Virus record (IMG/VR): IMGVR_UViG_3300037440_000319 | Coordinates: 1 to 52,850 of that record | Origin: a virus | Lineage: Duplodnaviria > Caudoviricetes | DNA: 52,850 nt | Direction: 5' to 3' (one strand) | Part shown: positions 35,519 through 44,698 of the stretch, piece after piece | Layout: each line of letters opens with the position of its first letter | Numbering within the stretch: the first letter of the stretch is position 1 | Notes under the pieces: model-generated | The model's input: the letters and a program-made list of their open reading frames with translations, nothing else | What the model was told of the DNA's origin: nothing | The model's database searches: none | Made by a program: the position numbers and the translations under genes

Positions 35519-36417
35519 TCACCGGAGGGGCCGGGTTCGTCGGCACGCACCTGGTCCGCAGGCTGCTCGCGGACGGGCACGACGTGACCGTCGTCGACGA
35601 CCTGTCGACCGGCAGGCGGGAGAACCTGTACGACCAGGCGTGGTTCGTTGAGGAGGACGTGCGGGCCTTCGGCTGGATTACCGACATCGAGCCCGCGCCG
35701 AGCACTGTGTGGCACCTCGCATCGCCCTGTTCTCCCCCGGACTATCAGCAGCGCCGCATTGAGACGCTGGTCGTTAACTCGCAGGGCACTGAGAACGCGC
35801 TGGAGCTGGCCCGCATGTCCGACGCCAAGTTCGTGCTCGCCTCCTCCTCGGAGGTGTACGGAGATCCGCACGTTCACCCGCAGTCCGAGGAGTACCGCGG
35901 GAACGTGTCCACGACCGGCCCACGGTCGTGCTACGACGAGGGGAAGCGGTACGCAGAGGCTCTCTGCTCCGCCTACGAGCACAGGTGGGGGCTCGACGTG
36001 AAGATCGCCCGCCTGTTCAACACCTACGGGCCGTTCATGCCCGACGACGGTCGAGTCGTGATCCGGTTCCTGTCCGCCGCTCTCGACGGCAACCCGATCG
36101 AGGTCCACGGCGGGCATCAGACCCGCTCCTTCTGCTACGCGACGGACACCATTGACGGCCTGGTCCGCTTCGCCGACTCCGACCTGGACGTGTGCAACAT
36201 CGGCTCTGACAACGAGATCAGCATCGACCACCTGGCTGAGCTGGCCCTCTCCACAGTGGGCCAGGGCGGGCAGATCAAGCACGTTGACTACGACGAGGAC
36301 GACCCGAAGCAGCGCAGGCCCGACCTGGCCCGCCTCCACTCCCTCGGCTGGTCTCCGCAGGTGTCGCTGCGGCAGGGCCTACAGGCCACGGTCTCGTGGC
36401 TCCGGGAGTCGGTATGA
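35506..36417 (+). CDS. NAD-dependent epimerase/dehydratase, UDP-glucuronate decarboxylase (UDP-xylose synthase)-like
   Basis: GGAGFVG, HLASPCSP..YQ, SSEVYGDP..HPQ.E.Y.GNV...GPRSCYDEGKR, FNTYGP, QTRSFCY, DDP..RRPD; RBS gaggagg. Confidence 0.9.
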   Translation: MHHVVTGGAGFVGTHLVRRLLADGHDVTVVDDLSTGRRENLYDQAWFVEEDVRAFGWITDIEPAPSTVWHLASPCSPPDYQQRRIETLVVNSQGTENALELARMSDAKFVLASSSEVYGDPHVHPQSEEYRGNVSTTGPRSCYDEGKRYAEALCSAYEHRWGLDVKIARLFNTYGPFMPDDGRVVIRFLSAALDGNPIEVHGGHQTRSFCYATDTIDGLVRFADSDLDVCNIGSDNEISIDHLAELALSTVGQGGQIKHVDYDEDDPKQRRPDLARLHSLGWSPQVSLRQGLQATVSWLRESV

Positions 36418-36695
36418 CACCGGAGGAGCAGGCGCGCTTCGACGCGGTAGCCGACCAGCACCCCGGCGAGACTGGCATCATCGGTGAGTCCGTCAACGAG
36501 TACGGCACCCCCGTCTCAGTACTGCGGTGCGCCAGCTGCAGTGCGGTCGTGTCACTCTGCCCGGTGTCGACGCCCGAGAAGTGGGGCGACGGCTGCCTTG
36601 CCGACACCTGCGCCTCGTACGACATCGAGCGGGACGTGGACCTGTTCTTTGAGCCGCTCATGGATCACGGACTGATCGGGAGGGACGACGCATGA
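36414..36695 (+). CDS. Hypothetical Cys-rich protein
   Basis: CASC....LCP...W..GCL...C.SYD..RD. Confidence 0.65.
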   Translation: MTPEEQARFDAVADQHPGETGIIGESVNEYGTPVSVLRCASCSAVVSLCPVSTPEKWGDGCLADTCASYDIERDVDLFFEPLMDHGLIGRDDA

Positions 36696-36940
36696 CACCG
36701 GAGGAGCGGGAGCGCCTCGCCACGGTCGGGTCGGCGTTCCTGGGGAAGGTGGCCCAGCGGCTGCAGACGCTCAAGCCCGACGAGCTGTCCGCCGCGGACG
36801 TGGCCCGCTGGACCGACGTGGCGCTCAAGCTGCAGCAGGCTGGGCAGCAGCACGACGTGTACGACCGGGATGCCAGAGAGCGGGCTCAGCGCATCACTGT
36901 TGACGACGAGCCGATCACCCGCTCGGTGCCGAGGCCGTGA
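36692..36940 (+). CDS. Hypothetical helical protein
   Basis: ATGA coupling; RBS gggagg. Confidence 0.6.
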   Translation: MTPEERERLATVGSAFLGKVAQRLQTLKPDELSAADVARWTDVALKLQQAGQQHDVYDRDARERAQRITVDDEPITRSVPRP

Positions 36941-36974
36941 TCTTGCACGTTTTTCGACCAGAAGTGAGGCCCAA

Positions 36975-37373
36975 ATGATCAGGACGTTCTACCTGGATCG
37001 GCCGACCGACGTGACCGGAGTGTCCGGCACCGGGGTAGTTGCTCACGGCGTGGTGTTCGACGACGGCACTACCGTGATTCGCTGGCTCGGCGAGCACCAG
37101 TCCACCGTCGTCTGGCCGTCGCTGGAGGACGCAGAGGCGATCCACGGCCACCACGGCACCACGTTCGTGTGGGACGACCCGGCTCCGCACCACCAGCCCG
37201 GAGCGATCGAGATCGCTGACGCGATCGACCAGGCCGCAGAGATCATCGCTACCCGCTGGCACCTCAACGCTGCCTCAGGTAAGCGGGCCGCGCCGGAGGA
37301 GTTCGCTACCGAATTCGCCGAGGACCTGGCCCGCGCCGGGCTTCTCACCGCACCGGAAGGAACGAAGGAATGA
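36975..37373 (+). CDS. Conserved actinophage hypothetical protein
   Basis: F.L.R..DVTGVSGTGVVA.GV.F.DG....RW motif. Confidence 0.75.
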   Translation: MIRTFYLDRPTDVTGVSGTGVVAHGVVFDDGTTVIRWLGEHQSTVVWPSLEDAEAIHGHHGTTFVWDDPAPHHQPGAIEIADAIDQAAEIIATRWHLNAASGKRAAPEEFATEFAEDLARAGLLTAPEGTKE

Positions 37374-37528
37374 TCGGATCGCGCCGCGAGGGCGGCGAAG
37401 TCTTTGACCTTGAGAACTGCTGCACCCGAGGGCTAGCTATCTTTGCGCTCGTCGTGCTAGCGATACTCGGTGATTGGCACCTCGGCGTATTCCTCGCCGG
37501 AAGTCTCGACCAGGGAGTCCCCCAGTGA
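37370..37528 (+). CDS. Small membrane protein (absent from the ORF track)
   Basis: 52 aa, one hydrophobic helix, coupled overlaps at both ends. Confidence 0.5.
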   Translation: MIGSRREGGEVFDLENCCTRGLAIFALVVLAILGDWHLGVFLAGSLDQGVPQ

Positions 37529-37989
37529 CCGAACCGCGGGAGCCCAGCGCAGAGCGCACCCAGCTCGACAAGCTCGGCGACTACATCTTCGAGAACGTGC
37601 CCGGAGCGCCGCTGCGCGCCTACGGCATCGCCGAGCAGGCGATCGAGGTCATCGCAGCCCAGCGCCGGGCGATCACCGACCTAGCCGTCGCGATCCAGCT
37701 CACGGTCGAGTACGTCGGCTACGACACGCTGCCGCCGTATCCCGGCTGGTCCTGGTTCGACGCCCTCGCCAAGCACGCACCCGAGCTGCTCAACTCAATG
37801 CGCGCCTCAATGCCGGGAAGGATTGATGTCGCGCCGCACGACTTCCAGCGCCTCTCCCGCTGGCTCCACCGCCACAAGTGCGCCCGCTGCTACCTTCCCC
37901 CCGAAGGACACCCCACCAGCAGCTACGCGCCAGCCCGCCCCCTAGGCGACTACTCCGACGACCTCGACATGCGCCGCCGCAAGCCATGA
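37525..37989 (+). CDS. Hypothetical protein with C-terminal KCARCYL domain
   Basis: LTVEYVG...LP...GWSWFDAL; C-terminal domain shared with the next gene. Confidence 0.65.
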   Translation: MTEPREPSAERTQLDKLGDYIFENVPGAPLRAYGIAEQAIEVIAAQRRAITDLAVAIQLTVEYVGYDTLPPYPGWSWFDALAKHAPELLNSMRASMPGRIDVAPHDFQRLSRWLHRHKCARCYLPPEGHPTSSYAPARPLGDYSDDLDMRRRKP

Positions 37990-38039
37990 CCGATATCCCC
38001 CGAGTCAGGCTTCTTATCACGCCGGAAGGAACGAAAGGA

Positions 38040-38495
38040 ATGACCGAACAGAGACGCTTCGACGAGATCACCCGGCACACCTCCCCGGCTCTCGTCGACC
38101 AACTCCGTCAGCTCGGGCAGCAGTACGGGCCGCTCGGTGTAGCACTTGCCGCAGCCAGACTCACCGACCAGAACCTAGTCGTTGAGCGCATCACAGCCTT
38201 TCAGGAGAACCGCTGCCCCTCCGACCGCGCCTCACTCCCAGACATAGCCAGCAGCCAGCAGCCGGGCTCGATAACCGCCGCGGGTGGCTGGTGTGCACCG
38301 ACCCAGGCCGAGCTACACAGCGAGCCTGAGAACCGGGTCGGGCCTCACGAGTTCGAGCCGCTCTCCTGGATCACGTCGCTATTCCGGCACCGCGGAAAGT
38401 GCGCCCGCTGCTACCTCCACCGCGACCTCCACCCCACCGAAACCTGGGCATGGGCCCGTCCCATCGGTGACACCAGCCTGATCCGCAAGAGCTGA
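38040..38495 (+). CDS. Hypothetical protein with C-terminal KCARCYL domain
   Basis: Strong RBS before ATG 38040 (alternative start 37986); contains AAGGWCAP. Confidence 0.62.
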   Translation: MTEQRRFDEITRHTSPALVDQLRQLGQQYGPLGVALAAARLTDQNLVVERITAFQENRCPSDRASLPDIASSQQPGSITAAGGWCAPTQAELHSEPENRVGPHEFEPLSWITSLFRHRGKCARCYLHRDLHPTETWAWARPIGDTSLIRKS

Positions 38496-38503
38496 GAGCA
38501 CTC

Positions 38504-39157
38504 GTGACCGACATCTCGCCCTGCACCCAGTGCGGCAAACTCCACGTCGCCTATGACGGACAACCAGGCTGCAAAGGCCACAAGTCCGGACAACCCGACG
38601 AACCGTGTACTAAACGATCCATGAAGGGCTCAACCGTCTGCCGAAACCATGGAGGAGCGCTCCCCCAGGTCAGGAAGGCAGCAGCCAGCAGGCTCGCGAC
38701 ACAGAGAGCGGAGCAGATCATGGCTACCCTCGGCGCACACCCCACCGACACCGACCCGGTGGAGGGTCTGCACCTGGTGATCTGCTGGTCCCGCACCCAC
38801 ATGGACTGGCTCCGCGAGCGCGTCCAGGAACTACTTCCGTCGGCGCTGACCTGGGGCGACTACCAGGTCGTCGAGTCCCAGCTCAGGGGCATGGAGATCA
38901 AGCAGCGCGCCCAGGTGAACGCCTGGCTCGATCTGTACTACCGCGAGCGCCAGTTCTTCACCGACGCCTGCGCCAAGGCGATCCACGCGGGGCTCGCCGA
39001 GCGGGAGGTCAGGCTAGAGGAGCAGCGCGGAGCTCTCATCGCCGACGTCATTCGCAGGGTGCTGTCGGACCTGGAGCTGACGCCGGATCAGCAGTCGCGT
39101 GCTCTGACGGCGGTGCCGTTCCGGCTGCGCGAGGCTCAGCAGGGGAGCCAGAACTAG
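38504..39157 (+). CDS. Putative terminase small subunit
   Basis: Zn-binding C...CRNHGG.LPQVRKAA..R, followed by the helical actinophage TerS-like region (W..LY..ER, AGLAER.VRL.E). Confidence 0.68.
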   Translation: MTDISPCTQCGKLHVAYDGQPGCKGHKSGQPDEPCTKRSMKGSTVCRNHGGALPQVRKAAASRLATQRAEQIMATLGAHPTDTDPVEGLHLVICWSRTHMDWLRERVQELLPSALTWGDYQVVESQLRGMEIKQRAQVNAWLDLYYRERQFFTDACAKAIHAGLAEREVRLEEQRGALIADVIRRVLSDLELTPDQQSRALTAVPFRLREAQQGSQN

Positions 39158-39192
39158 ACCCACATCGGACCACCTTGTGGTACAGTGTGGGC

Positions 39193-39573
39193 ATGGCCAG
39201 AGAGCACGTAAGGCTACGCATGGACACGGACCTACTCCAGCGCGTAGATGCCGCCGCGGAGCGCGAGAATCGCACTCGCAGCAACATGATTGAGGTGCTG
39301 GTCCGCGTCGGGCTGATCGAGCAGGGCTCCGGCCCTGCCGACGATGTGTTCGCTGCGCTGGAGAGCGTCACCGTCGCCGGGGGCGTCGATCTAGAGGCCG
39401 CACTGCAGCAGCAGGCGATCAAGCCGACCCTCGATGCCCGCCGTGTCGAGAAGCCGCACCGGCACCGGTTCCAGATCGAGGTCGCGGGCACGCGCCGCGG
39501 TAAGGCCGGTCGCCAGGTCGCGGACTACGCCTGCGACTGCGGCCAGATCAAGAAGGAGATCCCGGTGCGGTGA
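39193..39573 (+). CDS. Ribbon-helix-helix protein with C-terminal His/Cys motif (probably leaderless)
   Basis: VRLRMDTDLLQRVDAAAERENRTRSNMIE; HRH...CDCG; TACAGT 6 nt before ATG. Confidence 0.75.
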   Translation: MAREHVRLRMDTDLLQRVDAAAERENRTRSNMIEVLVRVGLIEQGSGPADDVFAALESVTVAGGVDLEAALQQQAIKPTLDARRVEKPHRHRFQIEVAGTRRGKAGRQVADYACDCGQIKKEIPVR

Positions 39574-39620
39574 CGCGCTATGGTCTCACCAACAGCGATC
39601 AGATCAGGAAGGAAGGCATC

Positions 39621-39959
39621 ATGACAACGATCCACCTGCGAGACGAGGCCCGCCCGCACATGTCACTGTGCGGTCTCGGCTACGACTGGCCGTCCACGAT
39701 CCCGCTCGCACGCGAGGGCGAAGAGGCCTCCTGCCGGAGGTGCCTGGAGCGGCGCTCAGCCAGCGTTCAGGTAGATATAGAGGCGGACACCAGTAAGTTC
39801 GTCGAGGGCCTCGGCCTAGAAGGCGAGATCGCGGAGGCCGCGGCATCGATGGACGCAGAGGAGGCCCGCGAGATATGGGAGCGGCAGTCTGACGAGGACG
39901 TCGACCCGATCCGCGTTGAGGCCGCTAAGCGGGTCCTGACCGCCGCGGGGTGGGAATGA
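39621..39959 (+). CDS. Hypothetical protein
   Basis: ATCAGGAAGGAAGG leader; H...LCG...CRRC. Confidence 0.6.
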   Translation: MTTIHLRDEARPHMSLCGLGYDWPSTIPLAREGEEASCRRCLERRSASVQVDIEADTSKFVEGLGLEGEIAEAAASMDAEEAREIWERQSDEDVDPIRVEAAKRVLTAAGWE

Positions 39960-40270
39960 TGGAGAACCCGGCGACCTGGGGTCCCTTGGAGCACGTCGTC
40001 GACGCTGCGCTCGACCAAGCCGAGAAGAACCACGCAGCCGGTTTAGTTGGCCTATCCCGAACTCGCATCATTACTGATGCGATGCGCCAATGGCTCGCCG
40101 AACCGGATGAAGCCACCGTGGAACGAGTCGCGGCAGCCCTATACCTTGGCGCTGGTCGCCAACTCTACGACGCACCCGCAACTTGGCGGTCCCTAGAAAG
40201 CCATGAAGCTGACGAGTGGCGTTCCGAGGCTAGGGCCGCGCTGGCTGCGATTGGAGAGGGGACCCGATGA
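39956..40270 (+). CDS. Hypothetical protein
   Basis: Coupled overlaps. Confidence 0.6.
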   Translation: MMENPATWGPLEHVVDAALDQAEKNHAAGLVGLSRTRIITDAMRQWLAEPDEATVERVAAALYLGAGRQLYDAPATWRSLESHEADEWRSEARAALAAIGEGTR

Positions 40271-41289
40271 ACGCACGGGAGGCTCTAGCTGAGCACCTAT
40301 TCCTAGCGACCTATCATTTTCGACCCGACATGAACTGGTCCGTGTTGTCGGTTTCGGCGCGGGCGCTCTGGTACAACAAGGCCGACGCGGTGTTGCAGGT
40401 GCTCGCCGAACACGGCGACACACAGCAGGTGCGGGAGGAGATCGCCGACGCGGTTAGAAGGGCTCCCCGGTATCAACTGGACGCCGTCATGGCCGTCGTC
40501 GCCCGCATCGTGGCCGCCCGCGACGCCGCCGCCGTACGGGCGAACTTCGCGGAGGCGTACTTCGAGGGCGCACAAGGCAAGGTCGAGTACCTAGCCAAGC
40601 ATCTTGGCCTAGCTAGGCGCCACGCCGACCGCGCCGAGGCCGAACTGACCGACGCACGAGCGGACATTAGCGATCTCAAAGGGTGGGTGACGAAAGAACA
40701 ACGTCGCGCCGAGCGCGCCGAGGCCGAGGTCAAGCGACTTGCTACCGCTCGCCTCGTGCTCGCTGTATTCGGTACACCCGACGACGCGCCGCAGCCGTTC
40801 TCGCTCTGCCGCGACACCAAGGTCGTCGGGCTGGGTGTGCAGTGGCCGGGCGGCGCGGTGACAATCAAGTGGACGCCTCCGGAGCGATTGGCCACGGTCA
40901 CGTCGCACTCGCTGGAAGATGCACTGGCGGTTGCTGACTTTCCTGACGGCACGCTAGGCGTGGTCTGGCTGTCTGAGGATCTCGGTACTTTGGCCGAGGC
41001 CGAGGAGCGGGCGATACGAGCCGAGGCCGACCTGGCCGCTGCGCAGATGCAGGTTCGCGTGCGAGACGCGCAACTCGAACAGATGCGGAAGCTGGCCGGG
41101 CAATACGCCAGAGCCGCCGAAGAGCGTGACGACTTTGCTGGCTCGCTGGCAGAGGCGGAGGATCGTATCCTCGCCGTCGAGAAGCTGATCGAGCACCGCG
41201 AGCAGCGGTACGCAGACCGAGGCGGGACCACCATCAAGGCGATCCCAGTGGCCGACCTGCGGCGGGCAATCGGAATGGAGAAGACGTGA
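40267..41289 (+). CDS. Mosaic coiled-coil hypothetical protein
   Basis: Repeated RAEA coiled coils; internal domain similar to 36975-37373. Confidence 0.68.
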   Translation: MNAREALAEHLFLATYHFRPDMNWSVLSVSARALWYNKADAVLQVLAEHGDTQQVREEIADAVRRAPRYQLDAVMAVVARIVAARDAAAVRANFAEAYFEGAQGKVEYLAKHLGLARRHADRAEAELTDARADISDLKGWVTKEQRRAERAEAEVKRLATARLVLAVFGTPDDAPQPFSLCRDTKVVGLGVQWPGGAVTIKWTPPERLATVTSHSLEDALAVADFPDGTLGVVWLSEDLGTLAEAEERAIRAEADLAAAQMQVRVRDAQLEQMRKLAGQYARAAEERDDFAGSLAEAEDRILAVEKLIEHREQRYADRGGTTIKAIPVADLRRAIGMEKT

Positions 41290-41588
41290 CGACCGCGGTA
41301 GCGCACCCCGACCTGGAGCTGATGCTCAATGCCGAGGCTGACCGCCCATGCGACCTTCGCCGCCTCTCCCCCGAGGAGCAGTGGGTCAACTGCAAGAATC
41401 CCGCCGCATGGATCTTCCGCCTCCGCCTGACGTGCAGGCACCGCCCCAAGACGCGCACGATCCTGGTCTGCCAGGAGTGCTGCGACGACGTGCTCGGCGA
41501 GGTGCCCGCCGACAAGCAGCCGGTGATCCTCTGCCCGGCGCAGAAATGCACCAGTGCGGCCGAGATCCTGTCAGTGGAGCCACTGTGA
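41286..41588 (+). CDS. Cys-rich hypothetical protein
   Basis: Multiple Cys pairs; coupled. Confidence 0.6.
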   Translation: MTTAVAHPDLELMLNAEADRPCDLRRLSPEEQWVNCKNPAAWIFRLRLTCRHRPKTRTILVCQECCDDVLGEVPADKQPVILCPAQKCTSAAEILSVEPL

Positions 41589-41848
41589 CCAGGCTCCCGG
41601 ACGAACTCGCGCCCAAGCTGCGCGCCGCCGCTGAGAAGCTGCTCAACGAGGTGGGCGAACGGGAGTGGGACGGCCAGATCGACAGGAGTGCGCGGGACAC
41701 GCAGAAGTGCTGGAAGTGCGGCGGCGCCGAGGGCTCGCTCACGTTCCACCACCTGCCGAACGGGTCAACGGTGATGGTGCACAAGCGGTGCCACCGGAAG
41801 ATCCACGGCCAGGCCGGGGGTAAGTCCCGCAAGCGCAAGCGCAAGTGA
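41585..41848 (+). CDS. Small HNH-like / zinc-binding protein
   Basis: CWKC...FHH...VHKRCHRKIH, basic tail. Confidence 0.55.
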   Translation: MTRLPDELAPKLRAAAEKLLNEVGEREWDGQIDRSARDTQKCWKCGGAEGSLTFHHLPNGSTVMVHKRCHRKIHGQAGGKSRKRKRK

Positions 41849-41864
41849 TCAGGAAGGGGAAGGC

Positions 41865-42290
41865 ATGTCTACAGACCTACGCCCGGAGCCGCCCATTGCG
41901 GTCTCGATCGCTCGGCTCCGCAAGACGTGGGGAGCTGCCGGGTACGAAACGAGTGACTGGGTGCCGTTCGGCCAGTTCGGGGTGCAACTCGGGCTCGTGA
42001 CCCGCAACGAGCGCGGCACCATCATCGTCTCCGAGGCCACGTTCCCGGTCGAGGTCGATCTGCAGGAGCGAGACTGGATCCACGCCTCGCTGTCCTGGAT
42101 CTCACGTATCCCAGGCTATGAGGAGCTGGCCCTGCTGCACCAGTCCGTGTTCGGACCCACCCGCTGGAGCTACCAGGTATTCGCCGCTACCGAACGGCAC
42201 GTCAACTTCCACCCGAACGCGCTGCACCTGTGGGGTCTGGCATCGGGTGAGCGGGCGCTCCCCGACTTCGGAAAGTACGGGATGGTCTGA
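41865..42290 (+). CDS. Conserved phage hypothetical protein
   Basis: WIHASLS...P.YEEL...HVNFHPNALHLW. Confidence 0.75.
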   Translation: MSTDLRPEPPIAVSIARLRKTWGAAGYETSDWVPFGQFGVQLGLVTRNERGTIIVSEATFPVEVDLQERDWIHASLSWISRIPGYEELALLHQSVFGPTRWSYQVFAATERHVNFHPNALHLWGLASGERALPDFGKYGMV

Positions 42291-42571
42291 TGAACCTGCC
42301 AGCGATCGACTGCCCGAACTGCCTCCCCCCGAAGACGGTCACGAACGTCGAGATCATGACCGAGCCAGAAACGCAGACAGAGCTGTTGCGCTCCGACGCA
42401 ACCCGGCCGCGGGAGCTGCCGGACATCATCGTCGGCTGGCGCCTCCTGCCCTGCGGCCACACGTTTCTGGCCCAGGACTGGCTGCTGATCTGCGACGAAC
42501 TCGGTACGCGAGTGCTGGAGCGGAAGCGGGTCCTGCTCGTCGACGTCGACGGGACGGTGATTCCGGCATGA
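42290..42571 (+). CDS. Hypothetical protein (CxxC, PCGH)
   Basis: Coupled. Confidence 0.6.
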   Translation: MNLPAIDCPNCLPPKTVTNVEIMTEPETQTELLRSDATRPRELPDIIVGWRLLPCGHTFLAQDWLLICDELGTRVLERKRVLLVDVDGTVIPA

Positions 42572-43053
42572 CCAGCCTGGACCTTGGGGTCGATCCGCCC
42601 GGCCCGTTCCACGACGTGTCGGCGCTGCACCGCCTGGTCGTGGGCGAGGACCCAGAGGACAGCTTCGAGATCCTCCACCTGCCCGAGTGCGAGGTGCAGA
42701 TCCAGGAGTACGAGGGCTTTACCTGGACCGACTACCAGTGCATGGTGTCCTGGCACGTCGATAGCTGCGGAGTCGACAACGACTACCGGCACGCCTTCGA
42801 CGAGCCTGACCTGCCCGGCTGGCAGCACCGCGATCCGCTACTGCCCGGCGTCTACACCTGCTGGGTCGAGGTGGTGAAGTACCGGTGCTGGGACGCCTGG
42901 GGCGGCTACGAGTACGACTCCGTGCTGCACGTCGAACCGCAGGCCGCGCTCGACGCCGGGCCGGGCTGGGGAAAGGTCTACTGGACCAAGCTCAACAAGG
43001 ACGGCAGGCCAACCGCCGAGCGGCAGTATCTCGGCTGGGGGAGGCTGCTGTGA
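42568..43053 (+). CDS. Hypothetical protein
   Basis: ATGA coupling. Confidence 0.6.
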   Translation: MTSLDLGVDPPGPFHDVSALHRLVVGEDPEDSFEILHLPECEVQIQEYEGFTWTDYQCMVSWHVDSCGVDNDYRHAFDEPDLPGWQHRDPLLPGVYTCWVEVVKYRCWDAWGGYEYDSVLHVEPQAALDAGPGWGKVYWTKLNKDGRPTAERQYLGWGRLL

Positions 43054-43328
43054 CGGAGGCCCGCATCGAGTACGCAGTCGGCATCCGCTGGCCCGAGGGC
43101 ACCGATACTGAGGCGTACGACTACCTCATGGCCCTCCCGGACTGGGAGCCGGAGAAGCACGAGCTGTTCGCCCACATGCTGCTACTGGCAGTCCGCAAGG
43201 AGTGGAAGGCGGCCGAGCGACTCCGCGGATTGAAGCACGAACGGGAGGCCAGAGAACGACGCCGCGCAGAGCGGGCCGCTGCTAAGCTGGCCTCACAGAC
43301 ATCAGGAAACGAGGAAGGAAGATCATGA
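43050..43328 (+). CDS. Hypothetical protein
   Basis: GTGA coupling; RBS ggagg. Confidence 0.55.
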   Translation: MTEARIEYAVGIRWPEGTDTEAYDYLMALPDWEPEKHELFAHMLLLAVRKEWKAAERLRGLKHEREARERRRAERAAAKLASQTSGNEEGRS

Positions 43329-43678
43329 GCCAGCAGACGTATGCCGACACTCATCCGCCGTACCGGGTTGGGCCGTGGGGCAGCATCGATGAGATCGAGG
43401 CAGCCAACGAGGCAACGGGCCAGGTCTGGTTCAGCGAGGAGACAATGCGCTGGTGGGACACCGTGATCCTTTCTCGGGTCTACGGCGGCCGCTACTTCGT
43501 CACCTCTGAGGCCCCTGCCGACTCGAACCGCCGCTACACCGTTCGCCGCGCACTCGACGACGGCACGGTCGAGACGCACGGCGAGTTCATGGCCTACGGG
43601 ACGAGGCGGGAGGCGTCGAACGCGGCGATCGCAGCCTGGACGTCCGAGCTGGATCGGCAGCGGGGAGCGTCTAGATGA
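43325..43678 (+). CDS. Conserved phage hypothetical protein
   Basis: AN...G..WFS..TMRW......VYGGRYFVTSE...RRYTVR; ATCAGGAA leader. Confidence 0.72.
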   Translation: MSQQTYADTHPPYRVGPWGSIDEIEAANEATGQVWFSEETMRWWDTVILSRVYGGRYFVTSEAPADSNRRYTVRRALDDGTVETHGEFMAYGTRREASNAAIAAWTSELDRQRGASR

Positions 43679-43950
43679 GTGACCATCACGACTACGACTG
43701 GGTAACCGACGACATGTTCGACAGCGCGCTGGAGTCCATCGTGGACGCCATGAGCGCTGCTGAGATCCTGCGGATAACGGACGTGTACGAGGTGCTGCGC
43801 GAGGAGCTGAACAACGACGTGCTCAGCGTCCTGGAGCAGCAGCGCGACTCAGAGCAGCCCGGAGAGGACGGCACAGGCGGTCAAGATCGGGAGTCATACA
43901 CCGACGATCAGGACCGCGAGAGCTACACAGTTGGGGGAGGGGGTGATTGA
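43675..43950 (+). CDS. Acidic hypothetical protein
   Basis: Coupled; QDRESYT repeated twice. Confidence 0.62.
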   Translation: MSDHHDYDWVTDDMFDSALESIVDAMSAAEILRITDVYEVLREELNNDVLSVLEQQRDSEQPGEDGTGGQDRESYTDDQDRESYTVGGGGD

Positions 43951-44248
43951 CCAATGACGAGTGGACCGTCGCAGCACGAGGGCCAGCCGTACTCCGAGAA
44001 GCAGTTCCGCAGGGACGAGGCCCAGCTAGTGCGCGATCAGCAGCTCGGCCGGGAGCGCCGCGGGGCAGAGGACGCCGCGCAGCTCTCGAAGGCGACCGAG
44101 CGGGCACGAGCGAAGGGGAAGATCCGGTGAGTGACCCGAAGCAGCCCGAGGACCAGCAGGAGCCGGAGAGCGAGCCCGGCCAGGACGCATCGAGGCAGGC
44201 ACCGGAGCCGCCTAAGCCGAACACCACCGGCAAGAAGGACTGGCACTG

Positions 44249-44512
44249 ATGACGCCGCAGCAGGAGCGAGAGTGGCGGGAGCACCCGCCACACCGGCACA
44301 CGCACAACGTGGCTCACAGCAGTGGCGTCACTGAGGTCGTAGATCCGCCGCCGCCGATTCCGGGTGAGGGTGTCGTCGGGCGCTGGAGGCGGCGCCGGGA
44401 GTGTCGTAAGCGAGGTGGGCACTGGTGGCACCCGGAGGGCATGATCGACTGGTTCTGTTGCCAGTGCCCCGCCCTCACGGACGGAAGTCCGAGAGACGGG
44501 ACGAGCAGGTGA
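44249..44512 (+). CDS. Hypothetical protein
   Basis: C...GGHWWH...WFCCQC. Confidence 0.55.
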   Translation: MTPQQEREWREHPPHRHTHNVAHSSGVTEVVDPPPPIPGEGVVGRWRRRRECRKRGGHWWHPEGMIDWFCCQCPALTDGSPRDGTSR

Positions 44513-44698
44513 TCCCCTACGAGCCGCCCCTGACCACCACGCGGGCACTACCGAACGCGCTCATCCTAGAGGTCACCGACGCCGCATACTGGCAGACGGT
44601 CAAGCCGGACGACGTGGAGGAGCTGGAGACAGCGGACGGCGGGCGCATGTTCGTGATCTACTGCGACTGCATCGCCGGGCCGCACCGGTCGATCTGGA

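Noticed and set aside
33720-36339. Long minus-strand ORFs (468 and 451 aa)
   Set aside because: Shadows of well-supported plus-strand enzymes; no motifs of their own
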